In this document: positions 38,878 to 48,090 of the stretch, in pieces
Layout: each line of letters opens with the position of its first letter
Position numbering within the stretch: the first letter of the stretch is position 1
Assembly (NCBI GenBank): GCA_965116885.1
Contig: OZ220741.1
Span: forward strand, 3,392,001-3,456,000
Direction: 5' to 3'
Length of the DNA stretch: 64,000 nucleotides
Source: Candidatus Latescibacterota bacterium
GTDB lineage: Bacteria; Latescibacterota; UBA2968
Program-made: the position numbers and the translations under genes
Notes under the pieces: model-generated
Databases searched by the model: none
The model's input: the letters and a program-made list of their open reading frames with translations, nothing else
What the model was told of the DNA's origin: nothing

Positions 38878-40179
38878 TCATCCCTGACCGTCATCACGGC
38901 CATACGCGCGTTCCCACGCCTTCACCTGTTCGAACAATACGCCCACGCGTTCTTGATATCTTTCATCCTCGATCCGATTATAAAACTCCTTCGGATCCTC
39001 CGATAGATCAAAATACTCTCCTGCTTCACTCTGATATACATTCAACTTTTCCGTCTCCGTCCGAATCATCTGGGTATCACCAATCTGACTGAATACCGCA
39101 TCCCGCCAATCATCAGGAGTCGGCTCTCCATCCAGCAATGGTTTCAGCGACCGTCCGTGTGCAGAGTCGGGAACCTCAGCCCCAATCAAATCACAAATCG
39201 TCGGAAACAAATCAATATGTTCTACCAGTTCATCCCGCACCCCTGATTGACTTCTTGGATCAGAAATCAACAATGGCACATGCACCGAAGCCTCTCGCAT
39301 ATTGAACTTCAAAAACATCTCGTGTTCCCACATCTGATCGCCGTGATCTGCCGTCCAGATCACAATTGTCTCGTCTCTAATTCCCAACCTATCCAACGTA
39401 TCTAAAACCATCCCACAATATCCATCCACAAGCTCTATCATCCCATAATATCCCGCAATCACCTGCCGCAGTTCCACGGGTGTCAGATGCGCCCACTCTT
39501 TCCTTTTTCTCAAAATATCGTTGTGAGGCAAGGGCGCGTCAGCAGGTGCTTGCTCTGGTAATTCGATCTTTGACTGATCGATCTTTTCATAAATCTCTTT
39601 GGGCGGATAAAATGGGGGATGAGGCTCCGTAAAACTCGTCCAGGATAGAAATTTCTCCCCTTTACTGACGGCTTCTTCAATCTGTCGAATCGACTCTGTC
39701 GCCACATGATATCCCCAATACTGATCCCGACTTCTCGGGCTTGGCCCGCCAGATGACCGCCGCAATACGCCCTCATTTTCCCAATCGTATCGGGCGAGCA
39801 TATTCTCAGGCATTGTCTCGCGCCACATCTGTTGTGTAATTTCTGGCTCATAGCCATTATCCATATCGGGATCTTTCCAGTGCATATGTCCCAGATGAAA
39901 CCGGCGATAATTCAGGGGTTGCACGGCGTGAGCAATCGTGTACATACCCGGATAAGGCATTGAGTTATTGGTAAAAACGCCATGTGCATGGACATATTTG
40001 CCGGTTGCCAAACTGTGCCGCGCTGGCGAACACACTGGCGACTGTGTATAACACTGGTCAAATCGCACACTCTTTTCAGCCAGACGATCCAGATTGGGCG
40101 TATGAGCCAGTGGATTCCCCAGGCACCCCAACGCATCAAATCTGTGATGATCACTCATCAAAACAAGCACATTCATCAA
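38878..40179 (-). CDS. Sulfatase (choline-sulfatase-like)
   Basis: NVLVLMSDHHR; CSPAR; PHPP; TADHG. Confidence 0.92.
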   Translation of the reverse strand: MMNVLVLMSDHHRFDALGCLGNPLAHTPNLDRLAEKSVRFDQCYTQSPVCSPARHSLATGKYVHAHGVFTNNSMPYPGMYTIAHAVQPLNYRRFHLGHMHWKDPDMDNGYEPEITQQMWRETMPENMLARYDWENEGVLRRSSGGPSPRSRDQYWGYHVATESIRQIEEAVSKGEKFLSWTSFTEPHPPFYPPKEIYEKIDQSKIELPEQAPADAPLPHNDILRKRKEWAHLTPVELRQVIAGYYGMIELVDGYCGMVLDTLDRLGIRDETIVIWTADHGDQMWEHEMFLKFNMREASVHVPLLISDPRSQSGVRDELVEHIDLFPTICDLIGAEVPDSAHGRSLKPLLDGEPTPDDWRDAVFSQIGDTQMIRTETEKLNVYQSEAGEYFDLSEDPKEFYNRIEDERYQERVGVLFEQVKAWERAYGRDDGQG

Positions 40180-40194
40180 TCAATCTCCTTTCAA

Positions 40195-41442
40195 TCAATT
40201 CCTCGTTCGGTTTCTCCATTGGTTAAGCGCGTTGAGCATGCTGTCTCTGGTTTCGCGGTTCAGACTCTGAGCCAGGTTGTCGAGTTCATACGGATCGTCC
40301 GCCAGATCAAAGCAATGCGTAATGTCATTCTCGTTTCGCTTTGTAATTAGCTTTACATCGCCCCTGATAATGCAATCATCTCTGTGTTCGATGAAGACAT
40401 CGGTTGAGATATCTGGCTCTCCGGTCATGCAGGGGAGTAGAGAGCCACCTTCAGTTTCTCCTGAATTTTCAGCATCGGCCAGATGGAGAATCGTGGCGAA
40501 TAGATCTACTGTGGATACAGGACTTTCAATAACGCGTTGTGCTGTTCCAGGTACGCGGATGAGCAGGGGCACGCGAACGGACTCATCGAACATAACGCCT
40601 TTTCCGAACAAGCCATGACAACCGGCCATATCGCCATGGTCCGATGTGAAGATGACTACAGTATCATCTGCCAGTCCGGTCTTTTCCAGTGTTTTCAATA
40701 CGCGGCCAAATGCGGTGTCCAACTGAGAGATTTCCCCAAAGTACCGCTTCCTGAATTCTTCAACACCGTAGTCCGCATTCCAGCCTCTGTTCTTGAACCA
40801 GGCGTCGCGGTCCGTGCTGGGGGGACCATCCAGTACGGACTTATCATATCGCTGCATGTCGGTCAGGGGAGGCGAACACGGGGGATGGGGCGCTTGATAC
40901 GACACGGCCATGAAGAATGGGGATTCCGGGGATGATAGAGATTCCAGTTCTTCGCAGACAATATCTGTCAAGCCATCGGTTTCGTGTCCACGAAGTTTTA
41001 TGGCGTTGTCGGGATCATCGTACCAGATCAGTCCGGCATCGTGATCTACATGGTGGCTTTCCCATCCAATGAAGTGTTGAAAGCCTCCGCGCAGTTCTGG
41101 CGGGACCCACCCGTTCTGTTGTTTACCGCTCAAATGCCATTTCCCGATATAGTGCGTGTCATAACCCGCCTGGTTCAGGTGATGGGCAATGGTCAGTTGA
41201 TTCACGGGGAGGCGCATACCATTCCCTGTAACGCCGGTCTGGCTCGGGTATTGACCGGTGAGCAGGCAAGCCCTGTATGGGGTGCATAGCGGTACATTCG
41301 TATAAGCGCGATTGAATTGTACGTTTTGTGCGGCGAATTGTGATAGGTTGGGGGCGTGAACGAGATGATTCCCATAGAACGGCAACCATCTGGCACTAAG
41401 CTGGTCGGGAAAAATGAACAGGATGTTTGGTCTGTGTATCAT
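40195..41442 (-). CDS. Sulfatase (Cys-type)
   Basis: RPNILFIFPDQ; CTPYR; GKWHL; TSDHG. Confidence 0.93.
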   Translation of the reverse strand: MIHRPNILFIFPDQLSARWLPFYGNHLVHAPNLSQFAAQNVQFNRAYTNVPLCTPYRACLLTGQYPSQTGVTGNGMRLPVNQLTIAHHLNQAGYDTHYIGKWHLSGKQQNGWVPPELRGGFQHFIGWESHHVDHDAGLIWYDDPDNAIKLRGHETDGLTDIVCEELESLSSPESPFFMAVSYQAPHPPCSPPLTDMQRYDKSVLDGPPSTDRDAWFKNRGWNADYGVEEFRKRYFGEISQLDTAFGRVLKTLEKTGLADDTVVIFTSDHGDMAGCHGLFGKGVMFDESVRVPLLIRVPGTAQRVIESPVSTVDLFATILHLADAENSGETEGGSLLPCMTGEPDISTDVFIEHRDDCIIRGDVKLITKRNENDITHCFDLADDPYELDNLAQSLNRETRDSMLNALNQWRNRTRN

Positions 41443-41479
41443 GTATTCGGGGTGGGGGAGAGGTCGGTTGGTCTTTTTA

Positions 41480-43936
41480 TCAGTTGTTTTTGAAAGGGTC
41501 GCTCAAAACAACGAGGGTGATAAGATCGCGCAGGCCCTTATTTGTTTCCTGTACATCTTGCACTATTGTATCAATCGCTGGTCGATCAGTAATTCCCAAC
41601 TCGCGACCAATTGCGTAGGTCAGCAATTTTTCTGTCAGACAACGCGTGAATTCTGCGTGGCGCTTTGCCACTATCTTGCGAAATTCGACGAAGGATTGAA
41701 AGGTCTCGCCGCTCGGCAATTGTCCCGAAGGATCAATCGCTGCGCTTCTGGTATAGTGGGTTCGCCAACCGCCGATCGCATCAAAGTTTTCCAGCGCGAA
41801 ACCAGGGGGATCGATTTTGTTATGGCATTGGGCGCAGGTCGGCATCTCGCGGTGCTTGACCAGTTGATCTCTGATGGTCGTTGCGCCGCGCGTGTCTGGC
41901 TCAATCTCGGGCACATCGTCCGGCGGTGGCGGTGGTGTGTATCCCAGCAGATTTTCCAGCACGTAAATCCCGCGCACCACAGGCGACGTATCTACGCCAT
42001 TGGCCGAAGCCATGAGAAAACTGCCCTGGCCCAACAGACCACCGCGTGGTGTCCCTGTGAGCGGAACCCGGCGAAAATGATCGCCCTCAATATCTTCTAT
42101 TCCATAATGTCGGGCGAGTTCCCGATTGAGAAAGGAATAATCGGCAGAAAGAAATTCGCGGGGCGAGAGATTGTTGTCGAGTACGTGCCGAAAAAACGTC
42201 TCTGTTTCGGTCGCCATAGCAGGGCCGAGATTGTCGCGAAAATAGACTCTAAAATCGGGGGAGGGTGGCATCTCACCAATGTTGTCATAGTGGAGCCATA
42301 CGCGAATGAAATTTTTAACAAAGCGGTGCGACTTTGTATCTTGGAGCATGCGATGGATCTGCTTACTGAGCGTGGCCGGGGCGCTTAGTTTTTTCTGTTG
42401 AGCAAGTGATAGCAGTTCATCATCTGGCACAGAAGACCACAAAAAATAGGATAGCCGGGCAGCCAGAGAATAATCATCCAGAGCGCCTTCGCCTTCATGC
42501 AAAAACAGAAAAGCAGGCGAACTGAGAATGGCCTGAAAACCCAGTTGTAATGCGGTCAACGGCGCCATGCCATTGCGGAGTTTTTCATGTGCAAGCGATT
42601 CAAATGGTGCCAGTTCTCCGGGCCGCAAGGGCCTGCGAAAAGCGGCTGTGGCAAATGCACGCAAACGCTCAGAAATGCGCTTTTGATCCAGGTCCTCGGG
42701 TTTTAGGTCGCCATACATCAACTGATGTCCGCGTGGAGGCCAGTCTTTTTCTTGAGGTCCGCTAACCTGAATTTCCCAAACCCTCAGCTTGGGCCCGCGG
42801 TAAATTTTGAGCAGCGCGTGATTTCTTTTATTTCCCGCTTTCTGATCCACAAAGGGCAGGATTTCGGGTTTTGGATCTTTTGCCTTAGTAAGTTTGCGAA
42901 CCAGGGCTTTGGTTGCCAGCGTTCCATTGCGAAACCGAACCTCGGGCTCAAATCCTTTTTCCAGATAAACATCCCATTCAAACCACTGAGGCTCTTCACG
43001 GGTCAGTTCAACAGTTGCAAGCGTGTATTCACGAGTAATATTGCCCGTGCTCACTACACTGCCTTTGCGATCTACAGCCGCTAACTCCAGCACAAGCGGG
43101 TCGCCTGTGGGAAAATCGTTGAGTTCTCTGTCATAATGGTGATTGCGATCAATTGCTGCCGCCTGTACCCTTATGGTGTAGGTACCACTGACAGGGGCAC
43201 CACCATCCACCAGCGGATAAAAGCCAATATGACCACCCCGGTAGTGACGTCCAGTCAGATCATCGTATCCCGTATCTGACACAAACCGAAAGCGGTCCTC
43301 TCTAAAGACCTTGGGCAAGGAACTGGCCTGTTTGCCTTTAAAATAGAAAGGGGATTTCTGTACGTAAGTTTTGGCTTCGGGTCTGGCTTCAAAATGCGTG
43401 GCGCGTGTGATGGCTTCTTCTGCAACGCGCAAATAGTGATCGAGCAACATGCCCGACGTGACAAGCCCGGCAGCATTGTTATCAAAGCCCTTGATTTTCA
43501 CTTCGGGTGGAAAGTCCTCCGTTGGATCCCAGGCTTCCATATTCAGACCGAGTAAATCGCCGAGTGTTTGGCGGTATTCCCAGGCGTTGAGCCGTCTCAG
43601 GGGTGTGTGCTGTCCTTTGCCCGACAATCGCATACGCGCTTCAGCAATTGATGCTGTAATCACCTGAACAGTAGCGAGCGCCTCATCTTTACCCGGCTGC
43701 ATCTGGCGCTTTGGTGGCATCGACTGCAGGTTGAGCTGATCGACAATATCCTGCCAGAGTTCTAATTCTTTGAAGTTGGCTATTGTCTCGGAGAACTGAT
43801 CAAAGCGCCGGTCGGCTTTTTGTACGCTTGGACCGTGACATTTTACACAATATTGTGTGAGAAATGCCCTGGGTAGTTCTGCCCAGACAGAATGCGCGCA
43901 TAGCGTGAAGACAATGACCATCAAAATCCGTTTCAT
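41480..43936 (-). CDS. DUF1592/1588/1587/1585/1595 (PSD-type) cytochrome c domain protein
   Basis: Signal peptide; CVKCH and CAQCH heme motifs; LRRLN, LAARLSYFLWSS.PD, RGGLLGQ, TSPVVRG. Confidence 0.9.
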   Translation of the reverse strand: MKRILMVIVFTLCAHSVWAELPRAFLTQYCVKCHGPSVQKADRRFDQFSETIANFKELELWQDIVDQLNLQSMPPKRQMQPGKDEALATVQVITASIAEARMRLSGKGQHTPLRRLNAWEYRQTLGDLLGLNMEAWDPTEDFPPEVKIKGFDNNAAGLVTSGMLLDHYLRVAEEAITRATHFEARPEAKTYVQKSPFYFKGKQASSLPKVFREDRFRFVSDTGYDDLTGRHYRGGHIGFYPLVDGGAPVSGTYTIRVQAAAIDRNHHYDRELNDFPTGDPLVLELAAVDRKGSVVSTGNITREYTLATVELTREEPQWFEWDVYLEKGFEPEVRFRNGTLATKALVRKLTKAKDPKPEILPFVDQKAGNKRNHALLKIYRGPKLRVWEIQVSGPQEKDWPPRGHQLMYGDLKPEDLDQKRISERLRAFATAAFRRPLRPGELAPFESLAHEKLRNGMAPLTALQLGFQAILSSPAFLFLHEGEGALDDYSLAARLSYFLWSSVPDDELLSLAQQKKLSAPATLSKQIHRMLQDTKSHRFVKNFIRVWLHYDNIGEMPPSPDFRVYFRDNLGPAMATETETFFRHVLDNNLSPREFLSADYSFLNRELARHYGIEDIEGDHFRRVPLTGTPRGGLLGQGSFLMASANGVDTSPVVRGIYVLENLLGYTPPPPPDDVPEIEPDTRGATTIRDQLVKHREMPTCAQCHNKIDPPGFALENFDAIGGWRTHYTRSAAIDPSGQLPSGETFQSFVEFRKIVAKRHAEFTRCLTEKLLTYAIGRELGITDRPAIDTIVQDVQETNKGLRDLITLVVLSDPFKNN

Positions 43937-45186
43937 GCTATCTCCATCGCAGAAAAGGTCCCTGTGCTTTTGCCAAAGTTCTCTCGCTCTACACCAAACC
44001 ACTGCAAGACGGAAAGCCAGAGGTTTGACAGTGGAATCCGCTTGTGTGCCTCAGCAGGACACACGAGATGCCCCTGATGTTTCAAACCGCCCCCAGCGAG
44101 AATCACAGGCAAATTCCTATTGGAATGCCTTGAGCCATCGCCCATGCCACTTCCCAGAACGACCAGCGTGTCGTCAAACACATTTGCTTCTTTGAGGCGA
44201 TCCAGAAACCGACCAAACTGAGTCAACAAGTATTTTTCCACAATCTGCAGGTCTTTCAATCGCCCCTCGTCCTTGCCGTGATGCGAAAGGCCGTGATATC
44301 CTCCGAGGTTGAGTTCGGATGTCTTAAAGCCCATGGGGATTTCAAAGGTCACAACCCGTGTCGAGTCTGTCTGTAATGCCAGTGTTAGCAGGTCATAAAA
44401 AAGCGGCATTTCCTCAATTTGCATCCTTTCGAGGTCTTCCACAGGTTCAATTGGGGATTCTGGCTTGGGTTTGTCGAGCCATTCGCGCGACATTTGCAGG
44501 CGACGCTCGACGTCGCGTACCGAAGTCAGATATTGATCGAGCTTTCCGCGATCTGACGCATTTAACTGACCATCGAGTGTCTTTGCCGACGCGAGTAAGG
44601 CGTCGAGCACACTGCCCCGATTTGATAACGTGCGACGCTCTGCGCTTCGCATAGCTTCATCATTTTGCACAAATAAAGCCTGAAAAATGCGGGCGGGATT
44701 GTTAATCGGTGCCACGTTTACGCCCGACCGCGTCCAGACCATGTCTGTACCTCTGCCCAGCCCTGCAGTAATTGAGGGAAAGCGCGTTGTGCTGCCCACA
44801 TGCTCAGCCGCGACCTGATCCAGCGTCATATTCTTTTCGGGGAAGCCTGCGGCTTCTTCCTTGCGTATGCTGCTCAGAAAAACATGTACGCCGGAGTGCC
44901 CACCGCCCGTACCGTGATCGAGATTTGAAAAGATAGTAAAATCATTTCGATGTGAATCGATATACTTCAGCGTCAGGCTCGTCTCATAGTCCTTGCCGGA
45001 CTGCTCGGGAAAAAGTCCGCCCGGCCAAAATCCCAGATGATTGCCCACGAAGACCAGACGCCTCGGATTTGCCGCTCCGTACACCATGCTGCTTTCTAAG
45101 AAAGGCAAAGATAGTGCTACGCCTGCACCCTTTAAGAAGTGTCGGCGATTAACCTGCGCTTGCAAAAGTTCAGAAATGACGTTCAT
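43933..45186 (-). CDS. DUF1552 (HxxSHH) domain protein, Tat-exported
   Basis: NRRHFLKGAGVALSLPFLES; YHGLSHH; LPVILAGG. Confidence 0.9.
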   Translation of the reverse strand: MNVISELLQAQVNRRHFLKGAGVALSLPFLESSMVYGAANPRRLVFVGNHLGFWPGGLFPEQSGKDYETSLTLKYIDSHRNDFTIFSNLDHGTGGGHSGVHVFLSSIRKEEAAGFPEKNMTLDQVAAEHVGSTTRFPSITAGLGRGTDMVWTRSGVNVAPINNPARIFQALFVQNDEAMRSAERRTLSNRGSVLDALLASAKTLDGQLNASDRGKLDQYLTSVRDVERRLQMSREWLDKPKPESPIEPVEDLERMQIEEMPLFYDLLTLALQTDSTRVVTFEIPMGFKTSELNLGGYHGLSHHGKDEGRLKDLQIVEKYLLTQFGRFLDRLKEANVFDDTLVVLGSGMGDGSRHSNRNLPVILAGGGLKHQGHLVCPAEAHKRIPLSNLWLSVLQWFGVERENFGKSTGTFSAMEIA

Positions 45187-45235
45187 GCCTTATCCTCTTC
45201 TATTAAGTTAAAATCTCCACGCCAAAATCTGTTCT

Positions 45236-45265
45236 AATATAGCAGGTAATCAAATCTTTTGTCAA
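45236..45265 (-). promoter_or_regulatory. Promoter of DUF1552 operon
   Basis: TTGACA-18nt-TATATT with extended TG; second TTGACA on plus strand near 45307 faces the fucosidase. Confidence 0.5.
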
Positions 45266-45391
45266 GCCGGCGATTGATGTCTTCGCCTTGCGCTTCACTT
45301 AGATATTGACAAAATGCTCGGTTGATTCAAACTATATAGCCGAGATAAACTATTGAATATGTCGAACCAAACGCCCAAAAGGAGTAGAGAG

Positions 45392-46867
45392 ATGGCAGAT
45401 CAATATGAACCCAATTGGGAATCACTCACCAGTTATGAAATACCCGATTGGGTAAATGATTCTAAGTTTGGCATTTATGCACACTGGGGACCATACTCGG
45501 CAGCGGCATTTGGCAACGAGTGGTATGCACGCAATATGTATATCGAAGGTTCACCTGAGCACACGCATTTTGTGTCGCGATTTGGAGATCTTTCAAAGGC
45601 GGGATACAAAGAATGGATTCCACGGTTTACAGCAGAAAAATTCGATCCAGAGCAGTGGGCTGAAATTATTGCTGGCTCAGGTGCGCAGTACGCAGGTATT
45701 TCACTGGTTCATCACGATGGGTTTTTGCTGTGGGATTGCAAAGTGAATCGATGGAATGCTGCAAACATGGGGCCCAAACGCGATTTGTATGGTGATCTGG
45801 TTGCAGAACTCAGAAAAAAGGGCTTGCGCATTTCAGCCACGTTTCACCATATGCGCACGTTTAACTGGTATTTGCCAGGTAGCAGCACCTTAGGCGAAGC
45901 GCCTTCTGAATCGGAGATTGAGCAGGCAAAGAGTAAGGGATGGGATCTCTTTGATCCAGAGTATGCAGACTTGTACTGGAATGCTGTGACGGGTAAGTAC
46001 GAAGATTTTCTGGAAGAGTGGAAAAAGAAAATCATAGAAGTGTTTGACAACTATCAACCAGATCTCACCTGGTTTGATGGTGGACGTTTCCGTGAGGGGC
46101 CAGCACAAGATGCAGTTTGTACTGTGCTGGCACATTATTTTAACAAGAGCCTGGAATGGGGCAAAGGCGTTACTGTGCTGAATAAGCTGCCTACGAATGG
46201 GAAGTTTAATTTTCCACGAGAATTGGGTATGTTGACATTTGAGCAGGGCCGTGATCGTTTGCCGGGAATAGAGCGACCCTGGATTGATGACATCAATATC
46301 GCAGAACGTTCGTGGGGATATATTGAAGGACAAACGTATCGTTCTGCTGCATACATTTTAAAGAGCCTGATTGATGCCGTAAGCCGAGGTGGCGGTATTT
46401 TTCTTTCTCTTGCACCTATGGCAGATGGCACGATTCCCAATGAGCAGGTGAAGGTGTTGGGTGAGATCGGCGAATGGCTCAGTGTAAATAGCGAGGCGAT
46501 TCACGGTACGCGTCCATGGCGCATACAAACGGAGGGCAATGTCGAGCGAATATGGGAGCAGGGCAAGAGATGGCGGTATCATTTGTGCGATGAAACAGAT
46601 ATTCGATTTACCTGTACAAAAGATGCGCTCTATGCCATTGTAATGGGGTGCCCAAAGGACGACACATATCACATTGAAACACTCCGCCCGATCACTCGCA
46701 TTGGCGATGGCGATATTCGATCTGTTCGATTGCTTGGATGCGATCAGCCCTTGACCTGGAATCAGGATAACGATGGTTTGCACATCGATTTGCCCAACGA
46801 GAAACCAAATGATCAGGCGTATGCATTTAAGATTGAGATAGATGGTGAGATTGATTTAGAGATGTAA
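45392..46867 (+). CDS. Alpha-L-fucosidase (GH29)
   Basis: YEPNWESL; KFGIYAHWG; EWY; HHDGF; WFDG; EAIHGTRPW. Confidence 0.92.
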   Translation: MADQYEPNWESLTSYEIPDWVNDSKFGIYAHWGPYSAAAFGNEWYARNMYIEGSPEHTHFVSRFGDLSKAGYKEWIPRFTAEKFDPEQWAEIIAGSGAQYAGISLVHHDGFLLWDCKVNRWNAANMGPKRDLYGDLVAELRKKGLRISATFHHMRTFNWYLPGSSTLGEAPSESEIEQAKSKGWDLFDPEYADLYWNAVTGKYEDFLEEWKKKIIEVFDNYQPDLTWFDGGRFREGPAQDAVCTVLAHYFNKSLEWGKGVTVLNKLPTNGKFNFPRELGMLTFEQGRDRLPGIERPWIDDINIAERSWGYIEGQTYRSAAYILKSLIDAVSRGGGIFLSLAPMADGTIPNEQVKVLGEIGEWLSVNSEAIHGTRPWRIQTEGNVERIWEQGKRWRYHLCDETDIRFTCTKDALYAIVMGCPKDDTYHIETLRPITRIGDGDIRSVRLLGCDQPLTWNQDNDGLHIDLPNEKPNDQAYAFKIEIDGEIDLEM

Positions 46868-46884
46868 CATCATTGGATAGGGGG

Positions 46885-47883
46885 TCAGATTGTCGTTCTT
46901 CCCTGATACAGTAATGGATGTATGATCCCAATCGCGTCAATCTCAGACTGGAGATCGGCGGGGAGGGGACCACGCTCAATGGCGTCGATATTCGATTCGA
47001 TTTCATGCGGATTTTTGAAGCCAGTCACAATACATTTGAGACGCTGCTCAGGCAGTAGCCAGCGCAGGGTGAGTTCCGGCAACTCCAGGCCCGATGATGC
47101 CTGGATGTCCAGGTATTTGCAATACGCGCGGTGGAAGCCTTCATCCATCCATTCGGGAAGATGGTTACGCCAGTCTGACCTGGCAACGGCAAGCCAGCCC
47201 TTCATAAACATCGCACCACCAACCACTCCTACGCCCTCTTCTTCAGTAAGGGGAAGCAGAAAGCGAGCAGCGTTGCGATAAATCGGATTGTATTGGTGTG
47301 CGACCATCATTGAGTCCAATTCCGTGGCGCTGACCAGCCGAGCAAGGCGTCGTGCATCTTTACCAGTGATGCCGATGAAGCGTGCCTTGCCTTGTTTCTT
47401 TGCAATGCGAAGAAAGTCCAAACAAGGTGCCGCCGGAAAGTCATACTCTTCCTCGTCTATGATCAGCGGTCCTCCGTGGGATATGGCAATCTCTTTGGAC
47501 ACAGGATCATCTGACCACCACTTCCGCTGATCTGCCTCATGTAGCTGGATCAGATCCACATAGTCGGTCTGAAGCCTGCCCAGACTCTCTTCAAATTGTC
47601 GCATGAGAGAATTGACTGTGCGGTGTCCCCCCGGGTCTTCTACGCCCCCCACCTTGGTCGCCAAGAATACCTTTTCCCGGCGACCTCGCAATGCCTCACC
47701 TAACATACGCTCATCTTTGCCTTTGCCATAGGCGGCAGCCGTATCGAAGTAATTGATCCCCCGGTCAACTGCCAGGGCAATACATTCGTTTACTCCCTGT
47801 TGGCTCTGGCCAGACATAAAAGCTGTGCCCAGACCGAGTTCGCTGACATTCACTCCTGTATTTCCAAGTGCTCGACGCTTCAT
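46885..47883 (-). CDS. Aldo/keto reductase
   Basis: LGNTGVNVSELGLG; GINYFDTAAAYG; SLGRLQTDYVDLIQLH. Confidence 0.92.
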   Translation of the reverse strand: MKRRALGNTGVNVSELGLGTAFMSGQSQQGVNECIALAVDRGINYFDTAAAYGKGKDERMLGEALRGRREKVFLATKVGGVEDPGGHRTVNSLMRQFEESLGRLQTDYVDLIQLHEADQRKWWSDDPVSKEIAISHGGPLIIDEEEYDFPAAPCLDFLRIAKKQGKARFIGITGKDARRLARLVSATELDSMMVAHQYNPIYRNAARFLLPLTEEEGVGVVGGAMFMKGWLAVARSDWRNHLPEWMDEGFHRAYCKYLDIQASSGLELPELTLRWLLPEQRLKCIVTGFKNPHEIESNIDAIERGPLPADLQSEIDAIGIIHPLLYQGRTTI

Positions 47884-47907
47884 ATGAATACCCTGCTCCT
47901 TTCGCCG

Positions 47908-48051
47908 TCATGTTGCTTTTCTCGCATACACGCCGGCAGGGGATATTTCGGCCATCTCTTCCGACGAGTACACGTCGAGATGGATGTCGCAGTCTGTCGT
48001 CTTCTTGAAAGCGTAGGTTCGGCGTAGAAGTGTAAAAATAGGTTCCGGCAA
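47908..48051 (-). pseudogene. 47-aa remnant, N-terminus resembles an alpha/beta hydrolase
   Basis: SD GGAGAGGA + TTG; RTYAFKKTTDCDIHLDVY followed by a short unrelated tail. Confidence 0.45.
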
Positions 48052-48090
48052 AGTTATCCTCTCCAATTTCTTCTGCGTTCTTTCGCGATC

